From: Candidatus Methylomirabilia bacterium
GTDB taxonomy: Bacteria > Methylomirabilota > Methylomirabilia > Rokubacteriales > CSP1-6
Assembly: GCA_041496385.1 (NCBI GenBank)
Contig: JBGQEL010000041.1
Span: 1-33,896, forward strand
Length of the DNA: 33,896 nt
Direction: 5' to 3'
Shown here piece by piece: positions 8,750 to 18,318 of the stretch (position 1 is the first letter of the stretch; every line of letters begins with the position of its first letter). The notes under the pieces are model-generated. The model searched no databases. It saw only the letters and a program-made list of their open reading frames with translations, and was not told the DNA's origin. Position numbers and translations under genes: made by a program.

Positions 8750-9490
8750 ATGACGCAGGTGTTTCCGCCCGCGCGCTCCGACCTGGCCCCGACGGGCACG
8801 CTGCGCGCAGGGATCAACTACGGGAACGTCATTCTCGCGACCCGGGATCCGGCGAGCGGCGAGTCCCGTGGCGTGGCCATCGAGCTGACGCGGGAGCTGG
8901 GCCGGCGGCTGGGCGTGCCCGTCCAGCTCGTCGCGTACACGAGCGTCGCCGTCATGGTCGACGCGGCGAAGACCGCCGCCTGGGACATCGCGTTCCTCGG
9001 CGCCGATCCGGCGCGCGCGGGGGAGATCAGCTTCACCGCGCCCTACCTCGAGCTGGACGCGACGTACCTGGTGCCGGCCGGGTCGCCGCTGCGCGCCGTC
9101 GCGGACGTCGATCGCGAGGGCGTGCGCGTCGCGGCGCCCGCGCGGGCCGCGTACGAGCTGTTCCTCAGCCGGAGCCTCGCGCGCGCCCAGCTCGTGCGGA
9201 CGCCGAGCGGGGAGGCGGCCATCGACCTGTTCGTTGCGGGCAAGGTCGAAGCGCTCGCCGGGCTGCGGCAGGCGCTCGCGACGGTCGTCGACAAGGTTCC
9301 CGGCTCGCGGATGCTCGACGGCCGGTTCTTCGCGGTCCAGCAGGCGGTCGGCGTCCCGAGCGGCCGTGACGCCGGCGCGCGGTACCTTCGCGGATTCGTC
9401 GAGGAGGCCAAGGCCTCGGGACTGGTCGCCCGGGCGATCGAAAGAACGGGGTTCATCGGGGTATCGGTCGCGCCCGCGGCGGCTCCCTGA
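8750..9490 (+). CDS. Family 3 (polar amino acid-type) solute-binding-domain protein
   Basis: LAPTGTLRAGINYGN, GVAIELTRELGRRLGVPV, WDIAFL..DPARA, FTAPY, VDREGVRV, FVEEAKASGLV. No permease or ATPase gene adjacent. Confidence 0.85.
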   Translation: MTQVFPPARSDLAPTGTLRAGINYGNVILATRDPASGESRGVAIELTRELGRRLGVPVQLVAYTSVAVMVDAAKTAAWDIAFLGADPARAGEISFTAPYLELDATYLVPAGSPLRAVADVDREGVRVAAPARAAYELFLSRSLARAQLVRTPSGEAAIDLFVAGKVEALAGLRQALATVVDKVPGSRMLDGRFFAVQQAVGVPSGRDAGARYLRGFVEEAKASGLVARAIERTGFIGVSVAPAAAP

Positions 9491-9503
9491 CACGGAGGAA
9501 TCG

Positions 9504-11087
9504 ATGAGAGAGCGCACGTGGATCGCGATGCTGGTACTCGCCTCGCTGCTGTGCATGCCCGGGCTCGGTCAGGGCCAGCCCAAGGAGCAGCTCGGCAAGG
9601 TCGACTTCCCGAACTCCTGCAGCGCCGGCGTGCAGGAGACGTTCCAGCGCGGGGTGGCCATGCTGCACTCCTTCCGGTACGGCGAGACCGAGAAGACCTT
9701 CCGTGAGGTGCTGGCGCAGGATCCCTCGTGCGCCATCGCCACGTGGGGCATCGCGGCCATTCTCATGAGCAACCCGCTGGCGGGCGCCGGCCCGTCGAAG
9801 GAGTGGGCGGCGCGCGCGCAGGCCGCCATCGACCAGGGCCGGAAGATCGGCGCCGGGACCCCGCGCGAGCGCGACTACATCGAGGCCATCGCCGCGTACT
9901 GGGAGGACTGGGCCAACCGCCCCGAGCGCACGCGCCAGGTGAACCGCGCGCGCGCCTTCGAGGAGCTGGCCTTCAAGTATCAGGGTGACGACGAGGCGCA
10001 GATCTTCTACGCGCTCTATCTGGCCGGCACGCAGTCGCTCGCCGACCAGAGCTTCAAGGCCTACCTGGCCGCGGCCGCGGTGCTCGAGAAGCAGTTCGCG
10101 AAGCACCCCGACCATCCCGGGGTCGCGCACTACCTGATCCACAGCTACGACGCGCCGCCGATCGCGCAGAAGGGCGTGCCCGCGGCCCGCCGCTACGCGG
10201 GCATCGCGCCCGCCGCGCCGCACGCGCTCCACATGCCCTCGCACATCTTCACGCGCGTCGGCGCGTGGACCGAGTCGATCGCGACCAACACCCGCGCCGC
10301 CGCCGCGGCCGCCCGCGAGGGCGATGGCGACGAGCAGGCCCACTCGATGGACTACATGGTCTACGCCTACCTCCAGCTCGCGCGCGACGCCGACGCGCGG
10401 CGCGTGATCGACGAGAGCGGGCAGGTGGCGGGCTACGTGCGCTTCGCCGCGCCCTACGCGCTGGCCGCCATGCCGGCGCGCTACGTGATCGAGCGGGGTG
10501 ACTGGCCGGCGGCCGCCAAGCTCGAGGCGCGCTCGACCGCCTTCCCGTTCAGCGAGGCGCTCACGCACTTCGCGCGCGGGCTCGGCGCCGCGCGGAGCGG
10601 CGACCCGGCGGCGGCCGCGAAGGCGGAAGGAGAGCTGGCGCGGCTCCGCGACGCGCTGAAGGCGGCGAAGAGCGAGTACTGGGCCTCGGAGGTGGAGGTG
10701 AGCCGTGTCGGTGTGTCGGCGTGGACGGCGCTCGCGCTGGGCAAGACCGACGAGGCGCTCGCCCTCATGCGGGGCGCGGCGGACGCGGAGGACCGGAACG
10801 AGAAGCACATCGTCACGCCCGGGCGCATCCTGCCCGCCCGCGAGCTGCTCGGCGAGATGCTCCTCGAGCTGAAGCGCCCGGCCGACGCCCTCAAGGAGTT
10901 CGAGGCGGTCCAGCTCCGCGAGCCCGAGCGCTTCCGCGCCTACCACGGCGCCGCGCAGGCGGCGGCGCAGAGCGGAGATCGGGCGAAGGCCAAGCGCTAC
11001 TTCGGCAAGCTGGTCGACATGGCCGGCCAGGGCTCGGCGCGGCCCGAGCTGGCGCAGGCCCGCGCGTTCCTCGCGGCGAACCCGTAG
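9504..11087 (+). CDS. Secreted TPR-like alpha-helical protein with His-rich motifs, function unknown
   Basis: ATG 9504 after GGAGG; signal peptide; LGKVDFPNSC...FQRGVAMLHSF, HPGVAHYLIHSYD, PHALHMPSHIF, ARELLGEMLLE. Confidence 0.8.
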   Translation: MRERTWIAMLVLASLLCMPGLGQGQPKEQLGKVDFPNSCSAGVQETFQRGVAMLHSFRYGETEKTFREVLAQDPSCAIATWGIAAILMSNPLAGAGPSKEWAARAQAAIDQGRKIGAGTPRERDYIEAIAAYWEDWANRPERTRQVNRARAFEELAFKYQGDDEAQIFYALYLAGTQSLADQSFKAYLAAAAVLEKQFAKHPDHPGVAHYLIHSYDAPPIAQKGVPAARRYAGIAPAAPHALHMPSHIFTRVGAWTESIATNTRAAAAAAREGDGDEQAHSMDYMVYAYLQLARDADARRVIDESGQVAGYVRFAAPYALAAMPARYVIERGDWPAAAKLEARSTAFPFSEALTHFARGLGAARSGDPAAAAKAEGELARLRDALKAAKSEYWASEVEVSRVGVSAWTALALGKTDEALALMRGAADAEDRNEKHIVTPGRILPARELLGEMLLELKRPADALKEFEAVQLREPERFRAYHGAAQAAAQSGDRAKAKRYFGKLVDMAGQGSARPELAQARAFLAANP

Positions 11088-11088
11088 C

Positions 11089-11856
11089 TCAGGCGGTCGC
11101 GGCCTTCAGCTCGTCGAGCTGGCGGCGCGCGCCGGCGATCATCGACGCCAGGTCCGAGGTCAGCATGATCATGTCGAAGCCGCGCTTCACCGCGCCGGCG
11201 GCGAACGCCGCGCTCGCGCAGTGCATGACCGCCTTGATGCCGTGCTTGTGCGCCGTGTCGCGGATCTTGTCGCAGGTGGCCATGTGCAGCGCGTCCGTCT
11301 TGTCGGGGCCCGGGGGCAGCCCGAGCGCGAACGACAGGTCGGCGGGGCCGATGTAGACGGCGTCGAGCCCCGGCGTGGCGCAGATCGCGTCCAGGTTGGC
11401 GATGCCCTCCTTCGTCTCGATCATCACCATGACGACGATCTCGTCGTTCGCCTTGGCGAGGTAGTCGCTGCCGCCGTAGTGCACGGCGCGCACCGGACCG
11501 GAGGAGCGCATGCCCACCGGCGGATAGCGGCACGCCGCCACCGCCTTCGCCGCCTCCTCGGCGGTGTTCACGAGGGGGACGATGACGGCGTAGGCGCCCA
11601 GGTCGAGCGCCTTCATGATCGTCGCCGGATCGTTCCACGGCACCCGCACGACCGGCACCGTGTCGGTCTGCGAGATCGCCTGCAGCATCGGCCAGACGTC
11701 GCTCATGTCGGTCGTCCCGTGCTGCATGTCTACGCAGAGGGCGTCGAAGCCCTGGCGCGCCATGACCTCCGCGGTGAATCCATGGGACACCGAGAGCCAG
11801 CCCAGCGTGACCCAGCGTTTCTCGCGCCACATCTGCTTGATCCTGTTCGGTCGCAC
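11089..11856 (-). CDS. HpcH/HpaI aldolase family protein
   Basis: GFDALCVDMQHG, PVVRVP, KALDLGA.AVIVP, CRYPP.G.RS.G, MIET..G..NLD.I, GLDAVYIGPADLS. GTG start at 11856 after GAGGTG. Confidence 0.93.
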   Translation of the reverse strand: MRPNRIKQMWREKRWVTLGWLSVSHGFTAEVMARQGFDALCVDMQHGTTDMSDVWPMLQAISQTDTVPVVRVPWNDPATIMKALDLGAYAVIVPLVNTAEEAAKAVAACRYPPVGMRSSGPVRAVHYGGSDYLAKANDEIVVMVMIETKEGIANLDAICATPGLDAVYIGPADLSFALGLPPGPDKTDALHMATCDKIRDTAHKHGIKAVMHCASAAFAAGAVKRGFDMIMLTSDLASMIAGARRQLDELKAATA

Positions 11857-11942
11857 TGTCGCACCTCGCGTTGTGGTGTAGCCGGTCACCCGGCGAGCGC
11901 CGCGAAGCGTAGCACACTTGACTCAGCGGAGGCGGCGCTCCA

Positions 11943-14900
11943 TCAGGGTAGCAGGCCGATCACGTCGCGGAGTTCCAGGAGATGCGCCCCGCGGACGGAC
12001 GCCCCCGGCGCGATCGCCGTCCGCGTGAACGCTCCGCACGTGACCACGTCGCAGAGGCCCGCCAGCGCCGTGCGCAGGTCGTTCAGATGACTCGCCTTGA
12101 CCGGCCCCCCGACGGCCGGCGTCCCACCCGACCATGCATACGCGGTAAGCCCGCGCCGCATCCTCGCATCATTGATCGCCGTCGCGAGATCGAGGAAGTG
12201 GACGGCGCGCACGGGCGTCACCCCCGCCGTCAGCAGGTCGGCGAAGGACACCGCTCGCAACGTCCGCGTGCTCGTGTTGCCCGTGTCGTCCCGCGCCGTC
12301 ACCGTGATCACGTTGGTCCCGGGCTGCAGCGCGATCCCGCTCGCCGCCCAGCTCGTCGTCCCGGTCGCCTTGTCGCTCCCGCCCCGGTTGTTCGCCCACG
12401 TCACCTGGGCCACGCGGACGTCGTCCGACGCCGCGCCGAGCAGCGTCAGGCTCGGGCTCGTGGTCGAGACCTGCGTGCCGCTGGTCGAGGTGATCGACAC
12501 CGTCGGGGCGCTCGTATCCACCACCTCCACATTGTTCATCGCCGTGACGTTCGTGGTGTTTCGCGCATCGACGTAGATCCCGTGGTCGAACATGTCGCTG
12601 GTGAGGATCTGCCGATTGCCCGTGACGCTCACGTTCGAGGCCCGTGTGACCATGATCGAGCCGTGCGCCGTCGCGTCGATATCCACGCCGCTACGAAGCT
12701 GGGCAAAGGAGATCTGATTCGAGCGGATGATGGTGTTGTTCTGCATCGTGACCCCGTCGCTGGAGCCCACCAGGATGGCCAGCCCGGGTGTGTCGATGAT
12801 GGTGTTGCCCTCGATCACGACATTCCGGTGGACGGGATAGGCACTGATGCCCGACGGCACGTCAGCCACGAGGCTGATGGCGCCCATGTGGCGCCCCTGG
12901 GAATAGATCTCCGGCGATCCGTAGCCGACTCCCTGGAAGGTGTTACCTCGCACGGTGACGTTCTCGACTCCGAGTGATTCCCGGTAGAGATGGTTGTCCG
13001 TGCTGAGATGCAGGCCCGTCATGGTGACGTCCTTGACCGTGTTGTTCTCCACCAGGCCGTTCGGCGACTGGATCAGCATCCCTCGCGAGCGATGGTCGTG
13101 GAAGAAGTTCCGCCGTACGATGAACCTCGAGTTACTCCGTGTCACATTCGAAACGAGGTCGCCGACCGCGGCCGTGCTCGGGACGCTCCCGTCGAGCTTG
13201 ACCGTGTAGCGACTGTTGTTGAAGATGACGCGGGCCACTCTGAGGCGCGCATATTCGGACAGGTCGGCGGACCGAACGAACTTCAGTTCGGCACCGACGT
13301 CGATCAGGCCAGAAGTTCCGGCGGTCAGGACCAACGTACTGGAGTTCAGCTTCTGGGTCAGGGTGAGCCACGAGCCGTGGATGTTCAGAGAATCATCGCC
13401 CTGACCGCTGAAGTCGCTGTCCTCGATGATGATGTCTCCGAGAGTATGCGAGATGTGGATCCCGTCGGCGTTGGTCGAGATGAGGCGGCCCGGATCAGGC
13501 TTGCGCATGATCTTGACGCGCGAAAAGCGAAAGCCCCGATCGGCGCCCCACACCACGAAGCCCATACCCGGAGCGCTGTACACCGTGACGTCCTCGAAGG
13601 CGATGTCCGATGCACCGTCGGACACGCTGAAGGCGTGCTTGTCGAAGTCACAGTACCTGACAATGACCTCGTCGTCAGCACTGAAGGGCGCGAAGTCGGG
13701 AGAAACGTAGCCCTGAGTGGGAGAAACGTCCTGGTAGAAGTATATCTGCGTGTATCGGACTCCCACTCCCTGCGGAAAGTACGCTTCGACGGAGGACTTT
13801 GGCCACGCCAAGCGAGCCATGTCGAAGCTGGATACGGCGACGGGGTGCTCAAACCTCGGAAGGAGGTGCTCAACCAGCGAGTCATCCGGCACTAGAATCT
13901 TGGTCGTGCCGTCATAACGTTCTTTATAGACGACGCCAGGGGCTGCGCGGCAAACGTCATAGTCGATCGACAGATTACGAATGAGTACCCGCTGGCTGTG
14001 CGAGATGTTGACGCCCGGGTTCGGGAAGTGAAAGATGAGCTCCGCTCCCTGGCCGTCAATCGTGACGTCGGACAAGCCATCGATCCGGATGTGGGGCTCG
14101 AAGGCGCCTAGGTTAGGGACTAGCTGATCATCGAAGAGGTATCGGCCAGGAGGAATGACCAGCGTCGCACACCCCTGCATTTTGCAGGCCCATATTGCTT
14201 GGCTGAACGCCGTGTACACCGACACGCCCGGTACCAGGAAGTCACCCACCGAGACCACGACATTCGTTTGCGGCACGGGCGGATTCACCAGGGGTTCCAG
14301 CGTCACCGTCACCGGGAAGCTGCCGCTGGCCGTGTCCCCGTGGGCGCCACTGGCCGAGCAGAACACGGTCGTCGTCCCCAACGGGAAGACTGAACCGGAG
14401 GCGGGCGTGCAGGTGACCGGTCGCAAGCCATCGACCACGTCGCCGGCCGTCGCGCCGAACGGGACCGCGGCGGTGCCCGCCGGGTTCGTGGGCGACGTGA
14501 TGATGCCGCGCGGCAGGTCGAGCGTCACCGTCGTGTTGAGTCGAAAGATGATGCCGTAGTCGTTGTATGGTCCGCCATCGGCTGTCCCATAGATGTTGCC
14601 ATCACGACCCTGGATCAGCGCCGAGGTGGCTTGTGTTCCAGGGGTCACGACATTTCCTACGCTGTCTACAGGCCCGAACACGTGGATCGGCGTGACGGTG
14701 GCGCACCCGGGTGCCGACGTCTGGCACGGCGAGACGTCTGCGCGAAAGATGGCGCCGTAGATTGTGCGGCCGGGGATGACGGCGTCGGGGCCGTAACCGC
14801 CGTAGCTCGTAGTCCCGTAAAGCAGGGGCGGTGCATCTGCGACCAGAGGGGTTCTCAACTGTAGCAACTCTCCGCCGGGACTGAGGCCAACAGGCGAATC

Positions 14901-17900
14901 GGGTCCGAACGAGTACAGCACGGTCACGACCGCGCACTCCGGCGCCATCGGTGTGCATCGCGACGTATCCATCCGGAAGAGAGTGCCCCAGCCGCTCGCG
15001 CCACCGTACGACGTCGTGCCGTAAAAATATCCGTCGTCCGCACGCATGAGACCGGAAGATGGGTACTCGCCGTCGCCGCTGCCCCCTTGGAAGGTGTGAA
15101 CCACGGTGACGATCGCGCAGTCCGGGCTGGGCGAGGCGCCGCACTGCGAAACGTCTATGTTAAAAATTATGCCGGGCCCAATCTTGTCGATGGAGTAGTT
15201 CTGGGCGTTCGCCGCGCCGTAGAACGTGCCATCTTCGATCTGGAGAAGGCGGCCCGTCGGGACCCTATAGTAGGGATAGCCAGAGCCGAACGAACCCAGG
15301 ATCTTGAGATCGGCGCAATCCGCGGTGAACGGTTGGCACGGGGACACGTCGATCCGATAGATATTGCCGTAGGATGCGGTAGCGTAAAAGTAATTGGCTT
15401 TGCCCGCGTCACGGTCCTGTACGGGCGGCGTGGGGCCGTAACGGGCGGTCTGGACCTTCGTGAACCCGCAGTCGGCTGACGGAGTCGGAAGACACTGGCT
15501 CGGATCGAGCCTGAAGATTACGCTGTCCGCAGTAGCTCCGTACAAGCTGCCATCCCGGGCCTGATAGAGACTGTTTGGCCAGAGCCCCTCGTACCAATTG
15601 GGGCCCAAGAAGAAGTGCAAAGGGACGACCGCCCCAGCGCTGTTCATCATGAACACTGTGCCGGCGTTGCGCTGGCCCCTTTTCCCTGTGGTGGTCCCGT
15701 AGAAGTTGCCATCGGAACCCTGAATGAGGGCCGACGGATTTGTCACATCGAAGCCTACGAACGAATGCACGGCATTGAAGATGGGGTCCGCGGAGGCAGG
15801 GGCGACGAAAGGGAGACTCAGGATGGCGAACTCCGCCGTCAGGGTCAGGCTGGCGCTCGGAGCCACCACGCACGAACCCGTGCCGCTACATCCACCGCCC
15901 GTCCAGCCCGTGAAGATGGAATCCGAGCCGGCATCGGCCGTGAGCACCAGCAGGCTCCCCCAGTCGAAGGATGCCGAGCAGGTCGTTCCGCAACTCAGCC
16001 CAGTCGGGTTGCTCCGCACGGTGCCCGATCCGGTTCCCGCCCTGATTGCGGTCACGATGATCTGAGACGGCACGATGATCTGAGGCTGAAGGATGACGAT
16101 CGTCGCGCTGGCCACGTTGTTCCGCATGTACGGATCCGACTGGATCACGCCGGACGCCAGACCGTTGACGGTGGAGGGAGCTACCTCGGGTACGCCGACA
16201 CGGACGGTGTTCACGAGGCTGCCGACCACGGTGGGAGTGACGACGATGCTCACGATTGCGTTGGCCTGGTTCGCCAGTGTCCCGAGGTCGCAGATGACAG
16301 TGGCGGTCGCCAGACGGCAGGTGCCCTGGCTCGCGGTGGCGTTCACAAGCACCACGGTACCTGGCAAAGCGTCGGTCAGCGTGACACCGGCGGCGTCGGA
16401 CGGGCCATGGTTGGTGACGGCCGCGACATAGGTGAGATGGTTGCCGACGCCGACGGGATCGGGTGTCCGAGTCAACACAACCTCGAGGTCGGCGGCGGGC
16501 GGCGCCGCGCAGTCTACGGGCATACCGATCGCCCAGCCGAGGCCATAGTAGTCGGCGCCCGAAGGCGTCACGAGCCAGACGCAGCCACCTGTGTCGGCCA
16601 GGATTCCGTACGGATTGCCCCAGTAGTACGTCGTCCGCGTGTTTGTCCCCGACCCGGCGTAGATGCGCAAGGGCCGATCGTTGTAGATGAGGGTGCCGAA
16701 TGGGAAGGCGTACACGTGACCCCGGTTGTTCCGCAGCTTCCAGCCCGACAAATCGAAGTACGATTGCCCGGGCTCGGGGAACGACGACTGCAGGAGCGCG
16801 GGATTCGTCTCGATTTCGATGAACTCATTGTTCGGGTTCGATTCGTCGGCAACGCCCATGTAGCGGACCTGGCTCACCATCAGCGGGCTTTGCTGGACAG
16901 AAAACGTTTCCCTGAAGATCGCTGGCGCCTCACCCGCCTTCCAGAGCCAGACGCTGGGCGCTCCTTGGGGGTCCTGCTGCCACGGATCCGGATCCTCACC
17001 CTGCCAGCCGTATGGATCCACGTCCACAAGGAGACCGCTACCCGTCACCCGGTAGACGCCGAAGTGCAGGTGCGGGGAGCCGGCGCAGCCGGTGGCCCCG
17101 GACAGCCCGATCTGTTCGCCGGCGGCAATGGTCTGTCCGACGGAGACATCGATACGGCTCAGGTGGGCGTAGTAGGTGCGGTAAGTGTTGCCGTCTGGAG
17201 CCGCGTGATCGATGAGGACGCTCATCAGACCGCTGCGGAACTGGTTGAGTACCCGACAGAAGGCCACCGGCCCCGTCGAGGCCTCGACCACTCGGCCGGG
17301 CGCGACGGCGAGGAGCGGTGTGCCTGTGGGCATGATGAAGTCATAGCCCTCGTGGCCATCGGGGCCGTTCAGCGGCTCGCCCCAGTAGCTCAAGAGAAAG
17401 CCGTTGGCGTCCACGTCCTGATGGGGGAGGTTGTGGTCGAAGACGCTCTCGACCCGGAAGTCTCCGGCGAACGGTTTTTGAAAAAATGGGACGACGATGT
17501 TGTTCGGGCCAGGTTCCGGCGGCGTTTCGGTCCGAGCTTCCAGGGGAGGCAGGTCGGCGGGACCGGGACCGGGAACGGGCAAGCCCACGATCGCCGTGCA
17601 ACAATAGCCTATATACCGCAGGTGGGCGCCAGTGGTCGTGTCGACAACGCTGCAGTCGAGCCAGGGGAGTAGAAGTTCCGCGGCCGTGCACTCGACTATG
17701 TCCGCAATTACTTGCACCGTCCCACGCTGCGGTGTGTTGGGCAAAGCCCGAAACGTGAACGTGGCGGTCTGGCCTGTGTAGAGAGCGGTCGTCTCGAAGT
17801 CGACTACCAGCTGTGTAAACAGGCCGTCGCAAAGCCCTTCGCCGCGCACGTGAGCGGCCGTCTGGGTCGACGCAGTCAAGTGGAATTGCGGATGACATCC

Positions 17901-18233
17901 CGAGTTTATCGCAAGGATGCGGGCGACGAGGGGCCGGAAGTCTCCCCCGAAGTTGCGATCGATCACCTGCTTGTCGTCGGTTATCGTGTAGGTCCACGAC
18001 GTGCCGTCGTCACTGTAGTCGACGCGGATGGTGAACGTCCCGGTGTCCGTGTATAGGTTCGGCGCACTGTTGGCCCCCTGCACGGTGACCGTTTCGGTTC
18101 CCGCCTGGCTCGCCGACCCGGTCGCCAGCCACAACGCCAGCGCGATGCAGAAGATGACGGCCGGCCGGTCCGCCCTGGCCGGCATCCGTTCAGACCTCAC
18201 GGCAGCGCTGATCCCGCGGAGGTAAGTGCACAT
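11943..18233 (-). CDS. Giant secreted modular protein (2096 aa): signal peptide, M23 peptidase, lamin-tail-like, DUF11, InlB-B-like repeat, GloVer-type propeller repeats, HYR, right-handed beta-helix (GH110-like), Ig-like, C-terminal triple H-x-x-[DE]-L-R domain
   Basis: M23 motifs HEGYD, YAHLS, PHLHF; NNEFIEI..DLSGWKL; ADLEVV..LTY...VTN.GPSDA.GVTLTD.LP; GTGSGTV.S.P.G.SCG.TC; DGNFYGTT repeats; CTPASGSVFPLGTTTV.CSA; NADGIH and GQGDDSLNIHG. Domain names come from motif recall, not a search. Confidence 0.85.
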   Translation of the reverse strand: MCTYLRGISAAVRSERMPARADRPAVIFCIALALWLATGSASQAGTETVTVQGANSAPNLYTDTGTFTIRVDYSDDGTSWTYTITDDKQVIDRNFGGDFRPLVARILAINSGCHPQFHLTASTQTAAHVRGEGLCDGLFTQLVVDFETTALYTGQTATFTFRALPNTPQRGTVQVIADIVECTAAELLLPWLDCSVVDTTTGAHLRYIGYCCTAIVGLPVPGPGPADLPPLEARTETPPEPGPNNIVVPFFQKPFAGDFRVESVFDHNLPHQDVDANGFLLSYWGEPLNGPDGHEGYDFIMPTGTPLLAVAPGRVVEASTGPVAFCRVLNQFRSGLMSVLIDHAAPDGNTYRTYYAHLSRIDVSVGQTIAAGEQIGLSGATGCAGSPHLHFGVYRVTGSGLLVDVDPYGWQGEDPDPWQQDPQGAPSVWLWKAGEAPAIFRETFSVQQSPLMVSQVRYMGVADESNPNNEFIEIETNPALLQSSFPEPGQSYFDLSGWKLRNNRGHVYAFPFGTLIYNDRPLRIYAGSGTNTRTTYYWGNPYGILADTGGCVWLVTPSGADYYGLGWAIGMPVDCAAPPAADLEVVLTRTPDPVGVGNHLTYVAAVTNHGPSDAAGVTLTDALPGTVVLVNATASQGTCRLATATVICDLGTLANQANAIVSIVVTPTVVGSLVNTVRVGVPEVAPSTVNGLASGVIQSDPYMRNNVASATIVILQPQIIVPSQIIVTAIRAGTGSGTVRSNPTGLSCGTTCSASFDWGSLLVLTADAGSDSIFTGWTGGGCSGTGSCVVAPSASLTLTAEFAILSLPFVAPASADPIFNAVHSFVGFDVTNPSALIQGSDGNFYGTTTGKRGQRNAGTVFMMNSAGAVVPLHFFLGPNWYEGLWPNSLYQARDGSLYGATADSVIFRLDPSQCLPTPSADCGFTKVQTARYGPTPPVQDRDAGKANYFYATASYGNIYRIDVSPCQPFTADCADLKILGSFGSGYPYYRVPTGRLLQIEDGTFYGAANAQNYSIDKIGPGIIFNIDVSQCGASPSPDCAIVTVVHTFQGGSGDGEYPSSGLMRADDGYFYGTTSYGGASGWGTLFRMDTSRCTPMAPECAVVTVLYSFGPDSPVGLSPGGELLQLRTPLVADAPPLLYGTTSYGGYGPDAVIPGRTIYGAIFRADVSPCQTSAPGCATVTPIHVFGPVDSVGNVVTPGTQATSALIQGRDGNIYGTADGGPYNDYGIIFRLNTTVTLDLPRGIITSPTNPAGTAAVPFGATAGDVVDGLRPVTCTPASGSVFPLGTTTVFCSASGAHGDTASGSFPVTVTLEPLVNPPVPQTNVVVSVGDFLVPGVSVYTAFSQAIWACKMQGCATLVIPPGRYLFDDQLVPNLGAFEPHIRIDGLSDVTIDGQGAELIFHFPNPGVNISHSQRVLIRNLSIDYDVCRAAPGVVYKERYDGTTKILVPDDSLVEHLLPRFEHPVAVSSFDMARLAWPKSSVEAYFPQGVGVRYTQIYFYQDVSPTQGYVSPDFAPFSADDEVIVRYCDFDKHAFSVSDGASDIAFEDVTVYSAPGMGFVVWGADRGFRFSRVKIMRKPDPGRLISTNADGIHISHTLGDIIIEDSDFSGQGDDSLNIHGSWLTLTQKLNSSTLVLTAGTSGLIDVGAELKFVRSADLSEYARLRVARVIFNNSRYTVKLDGSVPSTAAVGDLVSNVTRSNSRFIVRRNFFHDHRSRGMLIQSPNGLVENNTVKDVTMTGLHLSTDNHLYRESLGVENVTVRGNTFQGVGYGSPEIYSQGRHMGAISLVADVPSGISAYPVHRNVVIEGNTIIDTPGLAILVGSSDGVTMQNNTIIRSNQISFAQLRSGVDIDATAHGSIMVTRASNVSVTGNRQILTSDMFDHGIYVDARNTTNVTAMNNVEVVDTSAPTVSITSTSGTQVSTTSPSLTLLGAASDDVRVAQVTWANNRGGSDKATGTTSWAASGIALQPGTNVITVTARDDTGNTSTRTLRAVSFADLLTAGVTPVRAVHFLDLATAINDARMRRGLTAYAWSGGTPAVGGPVKASHLNDLRTALAGLCDVVTCGAFTRTAIAPGASVRGAHLLELRDVIGLLP

Positions 18234-18262
18234 GAGTCAGACATGATATACGGGAACCTGCG
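18200..18262. repeat. 63-bp direct repeat, copy 1 (-10 box, start codon and first ~11 codons of the 2096-aa gene)
   Basis: cggcagcgctgatcccgcggaggtaagtgcacatgagtcagacatgatatacgggaacctgcg; 59/63 identical to 23648-23710. Confidence 0.95.
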
Positions 18263-18318
18263 ACCGCAGCGCGGTGGAGTTCGCGCGGGCGCCACTCCGC
18301 CCGCCGGACGGCGACGCG

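Noticed and set aside
13698..13729. Short repeat GGGAGAAACGT twice in the beta-helix region
   Set aside because: Only 11 bp, encoding a repeated VSP tripeptide; could be chance or trivial slippage.
18262..18318. Possible gene remnant (DRSAVEFARAPLRPP) or hairpin next to repeat copy 1
   Set aside because: Too short and weak to support without a search.
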